A stretch of 64,000 nucleotides of DNA. Origin: Balanoglossus misakiensis (lineage: Eukaryota > Animalia > Hemichordata). The notes under the pieces were generated by a model. That model made no database searches and was not told the origin of the DNA. It saw nothing but the letters and a program-made list of their open reading frames with translations. The stretch is from contig CM082586.2 in the NCBI GenBank assembly GCA_040954595.2, positions 6,558,509 through 6,622,508 of the forward strand, given 5' to 3'. Positions 9,833-21,550 of this stretch are shown one piece after another; position 1 is the first letter of the stretch, and each line of letters begins with the position of its first letter. The position numbers were made by a program, and so were the translations under genes.

Positions 9833-12800
9833 ATGGCCACAATGCAGCTATGTAAGTATATGACTGCAATAGGTAATGCTATAGTACACAAAGTACTTTC
9901 TCGAGAACAGTAGTACCTGACCGAAGTAAGAATAAATCAAATTAAAGCTGCAAGCAGCATTGTCGGGGTCCATATAGGCCCGATAGGCTTGTGCCCCTAA
10001 TAAGCCATGTACTGTATGGTCAAAATCTAGAAATAGTACATACCTGTAGTACACAGGCGAACAAATACATTTTGGGTGAAATACACGCGTAATTGAAACG
10101 ACATGTAACCTTTATGCAAACAATACAAGCAAAAGTCCGTGTATGTCGTGATTGTGCTGGTTCGGAACAATTTGCAGGTCATGACAAGCCTGGCAGACAA
10201 TTTATCAGTACTAAAGGACAAGTTTCTGTACGGTAATTTGTGTAACGATAAAATTGCATCCAAACGAGGTGGTTTGAGAAAAAAAATCGATGGTTAGTGC
10301 ATTAATACTTGCGTGCAACTCAACCAGTTTTCATTGTATTTTCAGCTGCGGCCTCAAACGTAGTTCCGGCCCCAAACGTAGTTGCGGCCCCAAGCGAATT
10401 GATATGCCACCGTGCATATCTGTATTTCTACTTGCACAACCAACTCGGAGAAGACGAGGAACATGCAATACGAAAGCTACTGGAAGGAAATCAGCTAGCT
10501 AAGAGAGAGTTGGAAAAGCTGAAAACTCTGCAGGATGTACTGAAGGCCTTGGAGGAGAAAGGATTCTTCGAGAAAGACCTCGAGTTGCTGAAACAGTTAT
10601 TGGAAAAGATCGGCAGATGTCCGCTTATCAGAAAGGTCGAAGAGTGTGAGGAGAGAATATGGACAAACGTAGCTCTGCGTACAGGTATGTGTGTTCCCGG
10701 CGTTACACGGCCTCCACCACAGCCCTGCAAGGCGCCATAGAAAAAACTGGTGCTTCTGCGGTCCGGATCCGGACCGCGGCTTTTTCGGCTGAAATTCGAT
10801 TTTATCGAAGCAAAATCCTTTCCCTGTCTACTTCTGCCTCCTAACCGACTCCAAATATGATGCGATTATGGCCGCCAGGTCACGTGACTAATTAAACATT
10901 CAAGGGTTCAATGCACATCTATACTCATTGACCTTGACCACTGTGGACGCTGTATCATAGATTTTACATAATGTGAACATTCTTAATGACTTTTTTCCAG
11001 ATACAGGAAAACCTGATGATCAACAAGAGAAATTCAAAAGCTACCTGAAAAAGAAGTACAGGATTAGGTTCGAACAGTACACAGCAGTCCAACTGAGCAA
11101 CATCGACGAGTTGAGACTGGATGATACTTACATACAGCCCAACTTCAAATACATTAGCAAAGCCGCCACCAGAGATAAAGTGAAGATATCTGAACAAGAA
11201 TTGGATTTGACCTCAGATAAGAGAATTGTGATTTTCGGGGGTTCTGGTCGAGGGAAGAGCACATTTTGTCAGAAGTTGTTGTATGATTGGGGGGCTGATG
11301 ATAATTCAACAAGTAAGCTGGCCCATTTTGATCTGGTTTTATTTGTAGAGGGTAAACGTATGTCCCCCGAGAAAGATGTACTTGAATCAGCATTTGATCA
11401 GTTATTGCCAAACGCTGAAGCCAAGAGACTCGGAATTGACAGGGCAGTAATGGAAAGGTGGATTGAGGAACACCAAGACAGGGTGTGTTTCCTTTTCGAC
11501 GCGGTTGACGAGGTGCCACCCCAGTGCCTTGGCGAGTACGAGTCTTTCACCAAGCTTGAGTGTTTGGGCGAAGCACACGCTGTGTTTACATCCCAAAACC
11601 AGCAAGTGCTGCGATGTGACAAGCATTACTCAATTCGCCAGTACAGCAAGGAAGATGTCCCTCGTTATATCAACATGTATTTCGATAAAGACACCCACAA
11701 AGCTGTGTCACTTCGTAATAAATTGAAGGAAAGTGACAACTTGTACGGGCTTATGCGGAATCCTCTGTATTGTGTCCTGATGTGCACCCTATGGAAAGAT
11801 TGCGAGGAAGCTTCTAAGATTGACACAGAAACGCACATTTGTAAACAGATATTTGACATGGTTTGCAAAAAATATTGCAAAAATATAGTAGGCTCGGATA
11901 TAAATCTGCAGGAGCGTCTGCGTATCTTATATTTTCTTGCCTGGAATGGTATCAAAAATGACCAAATGTCATTTTCAGAAGATAACATCGAAAAAGCTAT
12001 TGAGCGTGAAGGTGTCGTGGATGCTAAAGATAACAAAGAAAAAGCTAAAGTTAAAGTGAGCGATGTTGTCCAAATAGGGTTTTTGTCCAAAATTCGCAGG
12101 CAGTCAAATGAAGGGTTGGTGTATTCGTTCTCACATCGAATGATACAACAGCTTTTGGCTGCCATGTACGTGAAGGAACAAAACGACCCGAAAATCTATG
12201 GCGAATGTTGGTTCTGTGGGCCGACTAAAAAGTTCAGACAGAATTACGTGATGGTCTGTCTTTTTCTTGCTGGCTTGCTGGAAGACGAAGCAGAGCCATT
12301 CTTTGATGCATTCAGCAACTCCGTCCTTTGCAACTCCTCGCAGGCTTGTCTGTACAGGAATACTATCTTGTCGTTTAGATGCCTGTTGCAAACAACCAAC
12401 CCGCAGAAATACGCGAAATCGGTCGTAGCCTCTTTGTCGCATGACAAAGATCTCTATCTAAATTTCCTGGGACGGAACGTTCCAGATTTCGTCTTTCCGG
12501 CACTTAGTTACATGCTAGAATGTTGCCAACGTTCCAGTGAGCACAGTCAGCATTTTATTCAGTCCCTCTCCCTGATCAACTTCAGTGGCATCGATCTTGC
12601 CGAATTTCATAGATTCGCCGAGGCGTTACAAAACAGCCAGACTCTTTCGGAGCTGTCCATGTGTCTGTCGGGCATGGACACAGAGAGCAAGGAGACTTTC
12701 ACACAGTCGGTGGCGAAGAATCGTAGCCTTAAGAAATTAACTGTAGAAGTTTGCGTTGAATGCCCAGAAGCGAGATTAGTGCCGGCTGTGCTTCAAAATG

Positions 12801-13768
12801 AGGGCCTCGAAGAGCTACGGTTATTCGCTCTGTTTCACAAGTCGCGCTTCCCTGAAGATTCCCCACAACCTCAAATTATCGAGAATTTCATCGGGGGATT
12901 CGCAGATGCCGTGCGAGCTAACAAGACACTCAGTTCGCTCTTGATCACCAACTCTTTCTTCAACAACTGTTCGAACACAAGGCGTTTAGTGGAAGCAATC
13001 ACGGAGCATCCACTCTTAACTTCCGTCCAGGTTTCCGGCCCCTTCAACGGCTCTGGTCAAATCGGCTTAGAAGGGATGAAACACATAGCAAATATGCTAC
13101 GTGCGGAAGACTGCGAATCCAAATTATCAAATTTTGGGTTATCACTGATGGCCTTATCGCCAGATGAAGGTCCCAATGTCAAATCAGAAAAGGTCGACGT
13201 TCTGGCAAATGCGGTATCTGACAACCTGCATTTAAATGATCTGAAATTCGCATTCACGTACTTAGAACTGGCCGAGCAATGCAGGCTGGCTGAAACGATT
13301 GACCACCCGTTCTTAGAACGCCTTCACTTGAGCTGGAAGAATATGTTTGGGAAATTTCTTGCTGATTTTGGAGAAACCCTAAGAAGATGTCCGAACCTCA
13401 CTGAGCTTATTTTGCAGGGAGAATTTGCAGGCTCCTGCGGGGTGGGAAAATTCATCGAGGGTATATTCACCAACGCGGCAATGAAATCCGTGATACTGCA
13501 TGGCAAACCATTCCAGGCTTCGTTCATATCTGAGCTCGTCAAACAAATGGGTGCGCAAGATCGGAGACTGCTTCCTCTCAATCTTACTCTAAGGGGCGAT
13601 GTCGTTGTATTTTCACGCGATAAACTATCCAAGCCCCAAGTTGAGTCCAATTTGGATAGTGCCAAGCGTGCCCATGCAGAGATAGCAGATTTTAAAGTGT
13701 GTGAAAATCTGTCGATAAACGTTACTGAATGTAATTTCGGGTATCCATCCCATGTGTTTTATGAATAA
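9833..13768 (+). CDS. NOD-like receptor, DED-NACHT-LRR; 3 coding exons, ~1041 aa
   Basis: Exons 9833-9851 (accATGg, MATMQL, phase-1 gtaagt donor; an upstream in-frame stop makes this the first ATG), 10346-10684 (DED-like) and 11001-13768. NACHT motifs: Walker A GGSGRGKST, FDLVLFV, Walker B VCFLFDAVDE, HD1 NPLYCVLMC, WHD YSFSHRMIQQLLAA. These are followed by ribonuclease-inhibitor-type LRRs (ALQNSQTLSELSM, VAKNRSLKKLTV, VRANKTLSSLLI). Confidence 0.88.
10346..10684 (+). CDS. NLR exon 2: death-fold domain, most like a death effector domain (DED)
   Basis: ttcag acceptor and ACAG|gtatgt donor, phase 1-1. The sequence LHNQLGEDEEHAIRKLL...KRELEKLKTLQDVLKALEEKG...LELLKQLLEKIGRCPLIRKV follows the DED pattern, with RCPL in place of RxDL. 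Confidence 0.7.
11001..13768 (+). CDS. NLR exon 3: NACHT plus LRR in one 2.77-kb exon
   Basis: 931-aa ORF in the track, ttttttccag acceptor at 11000, and the NACHT and LRR motifs listed above. AATAAA near 14353 and 14372. Confidence 0.92.
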
Positions 13769-13947
13769 GATTAGTGGGGAATATGGCGGAGTTTGGCCAA
13801 GTAAAAATGATTGGGACCGGGAACAAGTGTTCCTTTTGTGGTTGTACATATCAGAATAATACCGCAAGGAAAGGGTCAACCATACGTTCAGCAAACAGAA
13901 GCTCAAATGTTTAACTGGTTGGAGGTCATTTACGTTTATGTAGTGTT

Positions 13948-13993
13948 ATTTTATTTTATTTTATTTTATTTTATTTTATTTTATTTTATTTTA
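13948..13993. repeat. (TTTTA)n microsatellite in the putative NLR 3'UTR
   Basis: About 9 visible units. Confidence 0.9.
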
Positions 13994-14871
13994 TGTTGTC
14001 TTGTATTATGTTATCTTATGATATCTTATTTACAAATTTTGAATTGTGGTTTGCAATGCATTCCTGTAGTTGGTATGAGGACATTACTTTCAGTTTTGTT
14101 TTGGGAGGTAGGACTATATTCAATTCTCACTTGAAATGACAGTTTATTGAATTGAACTTGATTTCACCAGAGATATGTATGTACATATACATAACACACA
14201 GAAGGTAAAGAGAGATGTTTACATATTTCTAATGGAATCAGGACCATGGAAACAGTTTCGTGGAAACTAGTCTAGTGCATGGTCCATATTTCTGAACATG
14301 TTACCTATAAAGATGTCATAGAGTTGTACAGCAACTGTATTAACACATTATAAATAAAGCAAATGCGTGCAAATAAATAATTTGTTGAGTAAATATATAA
14401 GTACATGTGATTTGAAAGGTTGTTATGGAGAAGGAGTACTTCCTGCCGTACAGTTACTTATAATTCGCTAATATTTTTGTTCGTACAGCTGGACAAATAT
14501 ACGAAGACGAGTGGTGACACGGCCATTACATGAACTGTCATTACACTGTGGTACGCAAAGTCGCTATTTATAAATATGTGTCAGTGGCCAATTTTGATGC
14601 AGGTCATTTTTATGCAAGTCATTTCCTTGTCGCACTTTGGAACAAGTGTTGCATCAGAACTATTTATGCCCGTGACTAATTCACTACACAATCTCGTGTC
14701 TGTGACGCGAACGAGCCTAAAGTCATGTGACCGCAAAGCAGAGTGCGTGTGAGGTCAACTTGAAATGTCAACAAACCCGGTACGTTCGCCGTCCGGTCGC
14801 GGGACGATTTTGCTTCCTACTCCGAGAAAGAAGACGTTTGTTTGGCGGAAACATATCTAGATTATACAGAG

Positions 14872-16599
14872 ATGGACGACGAGGTTACCCCTCTCATGGG
14901 AAGACGAGGGTCTGGGGTAAGCGCGAAGTCTGAGGTAAGTCCCCACCATCAAAATTTTGTTTGATCGACCGGCAAGCTGTTATGTTATAAACACAACGAA
15001 ACTGGTACACACGTGATCAAATCACATCATCCATTTAGTAACACATATTCACTGTTGAATGTCACACAACATGGTTATTTGATTGAGCTTTGCAGTGATG
15101 TGATATCATTCCAATCCACTTTTTATCCCCGATTCGCTTTGAAATTCATTTTGTTTACTTTCCAGTCTCACAGTAGTCAGTAAGGTCATCTAAGGTCACT
15201 TTGACCCCTGCCAGTAAACCATATGGCGTCTTGTTCCCTCGCCCGATCTGTCACTTCGTCTTCAGCACCCTGACTCTCTAGACCTTGTTGAATGTCACCT
15301 TAGGCTTAAAGAAATTGCCTCTTCCTTGAAATCACGGTCACTCCACAGTGTCAGACCGTATTGAAATATACCCTGGCGCCGGCCTACTTTCTAAGGTTAT
15401 CTCAGGTCACTTTGACCCTAATGCCAGACATCTCGCGTCTTATTTTCTTTGCCTGACCTATGTTACCTCGTCTTCAGCGCCCTCACTGTCTAGACCCCGT
15501 TGAGTGTCACCTTACAGGCTTACTTCATTAGAACTTCTTCCTCTGTGCACAGCACAGATCGACAAACCTGTGTCTGCCTTAGACAAATATAGGGGGGGGG
15601 GGGGGTATTCAGCTTGTCCAGGGAATCTGTGTCCAATATGGGAAGCTGTGTCCAATATCTCAATGAAGTCTAGTATTTTTTATGTATGGTACAACCCATA
15701 AAAATACACTGATGTGCAATATAGTTGAAAGTTTTGGTTTCAACTTTCAAAACTTGAATGATCAGCTTGATGACAATCTTTGAAGTGCCACAGGTATTTT
15801 AATAGCTCCATGCCAACGATCTACAGTGCACTGAAGGTCACTAAACTCATCTCAAAATTCGTACCTGTCCCCACTGTTGACCTAAAAGCCTCAATGTCCA
15901 CAAATAGATGTGAGGTGAATCTCTTATCAGCCATTGAACTGATACAGTGATAGCTGATAAGAAAGTCTGGTGCATAACTTCAACTGGCTGTACCTGCTTG
16001 TGGGTTCAGACTGTCAAACAAAAGTGACCTTATGATCAGTTACATCACTCACATTTCTGGTCTCCTCAGATTTATGTTACTAATTACACAGACACTATCC
16101 AACTGTATGTTTTAAAAAAATCTGCATAATTTAAATGATTGTCTCCATTTCAGGGAAATGGTAATGGCAATGGAGACGAGGGCGGCCATTTTAAGTCGAC
16201 TTTCGGTATGATCATGTCATGCCTGAGTTGCATGGTTGGTGCCGGTAATGTGTGGCGGTTCCCGCGGATAGCGGCAAATAACAGTGGAGATAAAGGTTAG
16301 TTGAGTCTCATCAGTTATCCGGTGGGACACATAGACTGGCTGTACTTGTATATGGACAGTATAATTATGCAAAGAAGTAGGAAATTTGATATGCAGGCAT
16401 TTGTGTTACTGTGGGTTTTAAAATGCTGCTTAGAAATGTCACCACAAGATGCATCCACTCATATTAGTACAGACAAATATGTACACTCATGCCCATACAT
16501 ACATACATGTATATACTGTATATACATGCAAATATGTCACACACACATACCTATATGTACACAAATAACCATGTGTATATGATATACACAGCAATATAT

Positions 16600-16635
<36 letters not shown>

Positions 16636-19600
16636 TTTATGACAGCTCAGTAACAATCAACACTATTTTATTTTACTCCCCAAGGTGCCCTACAATTTGT
16701 ACTAGTGTGGGCTTTATTTCTGTTCCTCTGGTCAATACCTATGTTGGTCATTGAGTATGCAGCTGGAAGATACTGCAAGTGTTCTCCGGTGGGAATATTC
16801 AAGAAGCTTCTCGGTCCCAAATATGTTTGGCTGGGTATCTGGGTGACCGCTGTGTCGACAGCAATAGGGTAGGTACACATTCCAGCTGGATCAGATTTCT
16901 ACATTGTTGGCAGGACAGACTGACTTGACAAATACTCAATAAATTAACACACCTCTCTTCTCTTCTCCTGCAGATGTTACTACTCTGTTCTGTGTTCGTG
17001 GTGTTTCTACTATCTGTACTATTCCATCGCCTTTGCCTTGCCAACGACAGAGGTTGACAGTTATGAAACATTTCTGAGTTACGCTGAGGTAGGTATAGAC
17101 CCGTCTCCAGTGTCTCTGTAAATCGTGTCTTGTGTGATCGAAACACAGGATAACATTCCCCCTGCCACGACGACGGGAAAAGTAAATTCTTAAAGTACGG
17201 TAACCATGATTCGACAGGCTGTGGCAGATCTGTTGCAACCAGCTCAGCACTTTACAGGGCTAATGCTCCATCTTCAAGCCCTGTGGTGATGTGCGTGTTT
17301 TATGGTGCTGTGCAGTGCCGGACCGCCTTGTACTGTGCTGCTGAGACACACTGTACTGTGCTGCATCTAGTCTATTCTGCTGTACATACCATACCATTCA
17401 CACTGACCACAGAGATCTTTAAATTCATCTTTTCAGGACAGCTACTGGGTTCTGCTGCCGCAAGCTGTGGCCATCATCCTTTCTGGTGTGGCCTTACTTT
17501 ATGGTGTGAAGTCCATTGAGAAAGTCATGGCGGTCGTCGTGCCAACGTATCTTCTCCTTCTAATATTTACATTCGTCTGGGCGTTATTTTTGCCGTATGC
17601 CTCCTATGGATTGAAGTTTCTCTTTACACCAGATTGGAGTGAGTCAAGTTGTTATTATTACATGCATAATTATTAGTAGTAGTTTTATTTAATGAATATA
17701 TGTGAATACTAAATGTGTACGTATGTATGTATGTATGTATGTATGTATGTATGTATGTATGTATGTATGTATGTATGTATGTATGTATGTATGTATGTAT
17801 GTATGTATGTATGTCTGTCTGTCTGTATGTATGTATGTATGTATGTAACATGTACATCAAATAACACATTTCTGTATGCATAGACACATGCTTATAATTA
17901 TTTTAACACACTTTATGATCACAAATAGGTAAACTCAAAGATCCGAAATTGTGGATTGACGCTGCCAGTCAGAATGCTTTCGACACTGGGGGTGGTTGGG
18001 GCTTGATGTCGTCATATTCCGCCTTCATGACGAGGAATAATGGAATTGTGAAGCTTACAACAATGATACCCGTCACGAATAACTTGTTGAGGTATGTGTA
18101 ATCATGTCGTAACGTATTACAAGGAACTAGTGGGATGATCGAGATATTTTAAGACACCATCACATCAGACATAGGCAATAACCAACTGAATCATTACAAA
18201 TCAACTCAATGAAACTTAAAATGCAATGTTGTTTCTCCCCCCAGCTTGTTGAGTGCAATGGGCACATTTTCAACTGTGTTTTCTGTTGAGATGTCGGCTG
18301 GGGTGAACCACTCTGAGATTGTGGAAATTCTACAACACAGTGGACCTGCAAACACTGGACTGACATTTATATGGTGAGTGAGTGAGTCAGTCAGTCAGTG
18401 AGTTAGTGTGCGAGTGAGATTTCAGAGTGAGTGAGTGGGTGGGTGAGGGATGGATGGATGGATAGCAGTTCACCAATGTATAACATTAAATTATTCATTT
18501 GCGTGTCAGTGTGTGTGTGTAAGTATATCTATAACCATGTATATGTCATGTATGGTACACTGTATACATACATAACCACAGTGTAATGTACCACATGTAC
18601 TATACAATTAAATAATAACACATGATAGCGAGGGCAATATCACGATTTGAAGCCTGCACGAGGGATGGTGATCTCTGACTACAATATTGATGATGCCCGA
18701 GCCGCAGGCGAGGGTATCATCAATATTGTGGTCAGAGATCACCAGCCCGAGGGCAGGCTTCAAATCGTGATGTTGCCCGAGCATCATGTGTTATTAATTT
18801 TATTACGCCGAACATTTGAACGTACATACAAGGCAGGCATAGAAGAACGTAGACGCGCGTCCATATGTCGTACGTTGCTGAGAATGTAAAATGTCTCGAT
18901 CTCCCAAGAATTATACGATACCTACTTCGAACTTAGATTATTTTGAAAATACTGCACTGTTGGTTGCGATTTTGTTGTATTTACTGTCCGTTTGTGGTAA
19001 AATATCGTCCAGTTGAACAGGTGTTAAGCCTATGTGTCGCTTTGAAGCCATAGATGCGGGAGTTGACTGATCGTGGAGGAAGCCATTGAACGACAGTTTG
19101 GAACGCGCAGAAGTCGCGCGCAGAACACAAAACAACCCAGCGGGCAATATCAGCGCACGCGACAGGGCTTTATCAACTCTAGCCATGTTATATCACTTTT
19201 TTTTCTATATCACGTGAGCGCGTCTCAGCCAATCACGAATATGGTATAATACGTGAGGTGTAATAACAATTTATCTTAACCCCTAGATTGACCGCTTTTG
19301 TTCTTTCCTCTGTCCTCACCACATGTACAACACTCCACCGATTTTCTCGTCAACAGGATTCCAATTCTGTATTCAACAATTACCGGAGGTCGGATTCTAG
19401 CCATCATTTTCTTCTTTGCTCTCTCACTGGCACTTCTCACGACAGAGATCGCTATTCTGGAGTTAGCAGTGAAGTCTTGTGAAGATTTGGCAAGTAAGGG
19501 AAATTCAAATTTGGTGTACTTAAACTGTTCAAATTCACATTTGAGATGAAAACTATCACTTAGTCACAAGTATGATTTAAAGTTTGTATGAATTCACGAA

Positions 19601-21550
19601 GTCATAACTGGAAAACATATTCTGTGATGCAAAATTCATGTTCAGTCTTTTGTTAATTTTTGTTTGTTTCCCAGCAAATATGAAGAGGACAGTTATCGTT
19701 CCTGTCGTTTGTTCATTTACATTTTTAATTGGCATCGGGTCAGCCTTGGATATTGATTATCTCGTCAACCAGGTAATTAAGAACATTAGCACATTACAGT
19801 TACTCATAGGATGTTATAATTTTTTAGTTTTGTATATTTTGTATATGCTTAGAGTCATTACTGCAATCTATTTTCTTGATCAGGATTTTGTTATTTTTAA
19901 TTTTGTATATTTTGAATATGTGTATTGTCATTACTACAATCTTGTTAGTTTTGACGCATGTCCAGTCAGAATTTTTTTTTGTCAAAGGTCATGGAAGGCC
20001 AGGTATAAAGGTTGATTCTGCAGCCTAATTTGCATATAATGCACTATAACTATACATTGGACAAAATATTGTGCAATACAGTATACTATGGTAGAAGGCC
20101 TAATATACAATGTTAAGCAAATGAGAGTATATATAATACAGTCAGCGTTTTGAAATATCTGCCTGATGCTTTTAAACCAACCATTTAAAGAGATTTTATT
20201 TTCAGTTTTGTGTCTAGAGTCATTACCGTAATCTTTTCTGTTGATCAGGATTTTGTGTGGAGCAATGCCCTTCTCTTGTCTGGGGTGGCCTTCATGTTCA
20301 TCGTATGGAAGTATGGCTCAAGTAAATTCCGTTCAGTCCTGATCAACGACTTCAGTGTCAATGACTGGAATCTGCCAATCATTTGGGAATGGATGATCAA
20401 GTGAGTTTCTGATCTAAACTAGCGAGTGACAGTCCATTGAGATTTTCAGATTGTTTGGAAGATGAAAAATCGCGTCAAGGACACGGTGGTCCCATTTAGG
20501 GATTGCACAAGAAAAAAGTCTACACCGGAGTACATATGCAGACACACACACATACATAGAGAGATCAACAGGCAAACACTGACTGACCCATAAGCTGTCA
20601 ATGGCGTGTGTACTGTACATACACCTAATAGAACAGCTGGTATCTTTAACAGTTAGCCAGATATGTAAACATGCAGGAATTTGCAGACATACATGCATAC
20701 AGACATACATACATACATACAGACGCAACCGCTCCCATAAGGTCTCACTGGTATATACCTATACAATTGGGACCAAAAAAATCAAGTTTAGAGATTATTC
20801 TAACATACATTCATGAATATCAGTATGTGAGTATGTCAGTAATGCATGGCTGCACTTGCTTTTCTATAAACAGATTCCTTCTGCCACTGGAAGTTTCCAT
20901 ACTTATTATCTGGTTTGCTATTGATGAAATTCTTAATAACATTGGATGGTACCGCGTGGATGGTGATAATCTGATGAGTTCTTTGGTCCAGGTAAGGTCA
21001 CAGCGGAGAAAGAAGTGTCATTTTGTGTACTTTCCTCAGACTTGATATTTCATTTGAAAGTGGAGCTTGCATGGCCAAAAACTTGTGATTTAATTTTGTT
21101 GTTCTTTATTGAGAGTTTTGACACAATGGGTATACAATCACCCTTATTTTACATATGCCCATATATGGTTACAAGGGTATATCTATATTTGGTGATGCAT
21201 TTATTTTTGGTGGCCATCCCACGAAAATCTGCAATTGGCTAGATCTAAACTTCCCATGATAACTGTGGCTAAATTTGTACAGGTGCTGTTAAGACAGATA
21301 TGTATATTTTTGGTGATATAATTCTTTTTTGTTTCCCACACAGTGGTCAGTTGTTATACTTCTATCAATAGTCATAAACTATATTTACATAAAGTACTTC
21401 ATGACACCCGCAAATCCGGCAGATGAAAGTGCAATGTCCGGGACGAAGAGAGCAGAACAGAAATTTTACGAGAGTATTGAAGAACCAAACAAACAAACAG
21501 GTGACTCAGATCGGAAAACTGAAACCGGTTATGGCACGTATGTGTCTTGA
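14872..21550 (+). CDS. SLC6/NSS (SNF family) sodium-dependent transporter, paralogue B; 12 coding exons, ~569 aa
   Basis: Exons 14872-14934, 16154-16295, 16685-16868, 16974-17088, 17437-17638, 17929-18091, 18245-18373, 19357-19493, 19675-19772, 20249-20400, 20874-20991, 21344-21550. All introns are GT-AG with consistent phases; total 1710 nt. Motifs SCMVGAGNVWRFP and WIDAASQNAFDTGGGWG. Intron positions match paralogue A. AATAAA near 22271. Confidence 0.92.
15181..15521. repeat. Diverged direct repeat, ~125-bp units at 15181 and 15392
   Basis: taaggtYatctMaggtcactttgaccc...tcgtcttcagcRccct...ctagacc...gttgaRtgtcacctta occurs twice in intron 1 of paralogue B. Confidence 0.75.
16602..16631. repeat. 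(CA)n microsatellite
   Basis: Visible run. Confidence 0.9.
17721..17846. repeat. (TATG)n microsatellite
   Basis: Visible run. Confidence 0.95.
18613..19266. mobile_element. Non-autonomous DNA element with a 184-bp terminal palindrome
   Basis: 18613-18796 is a near-perfect inverted repeat around gagccgcaggcgagg. The following body starts ttattacgcc (18800) and ends ggtgtaataa (~19266). It is CpG-richer than the host intron. Superfamily not established. Confidence 0.7.

Noticed and set aside
11154-13906. Several minus-strand ORFs over the NLR exon
   Set aside because: Antisense shadows of the long coding exon with no recognisable motifs.
15261-15281. REST/NRSE-like ttcagcacc
   Set aside because: Left half-site only, inside a direct repeat.
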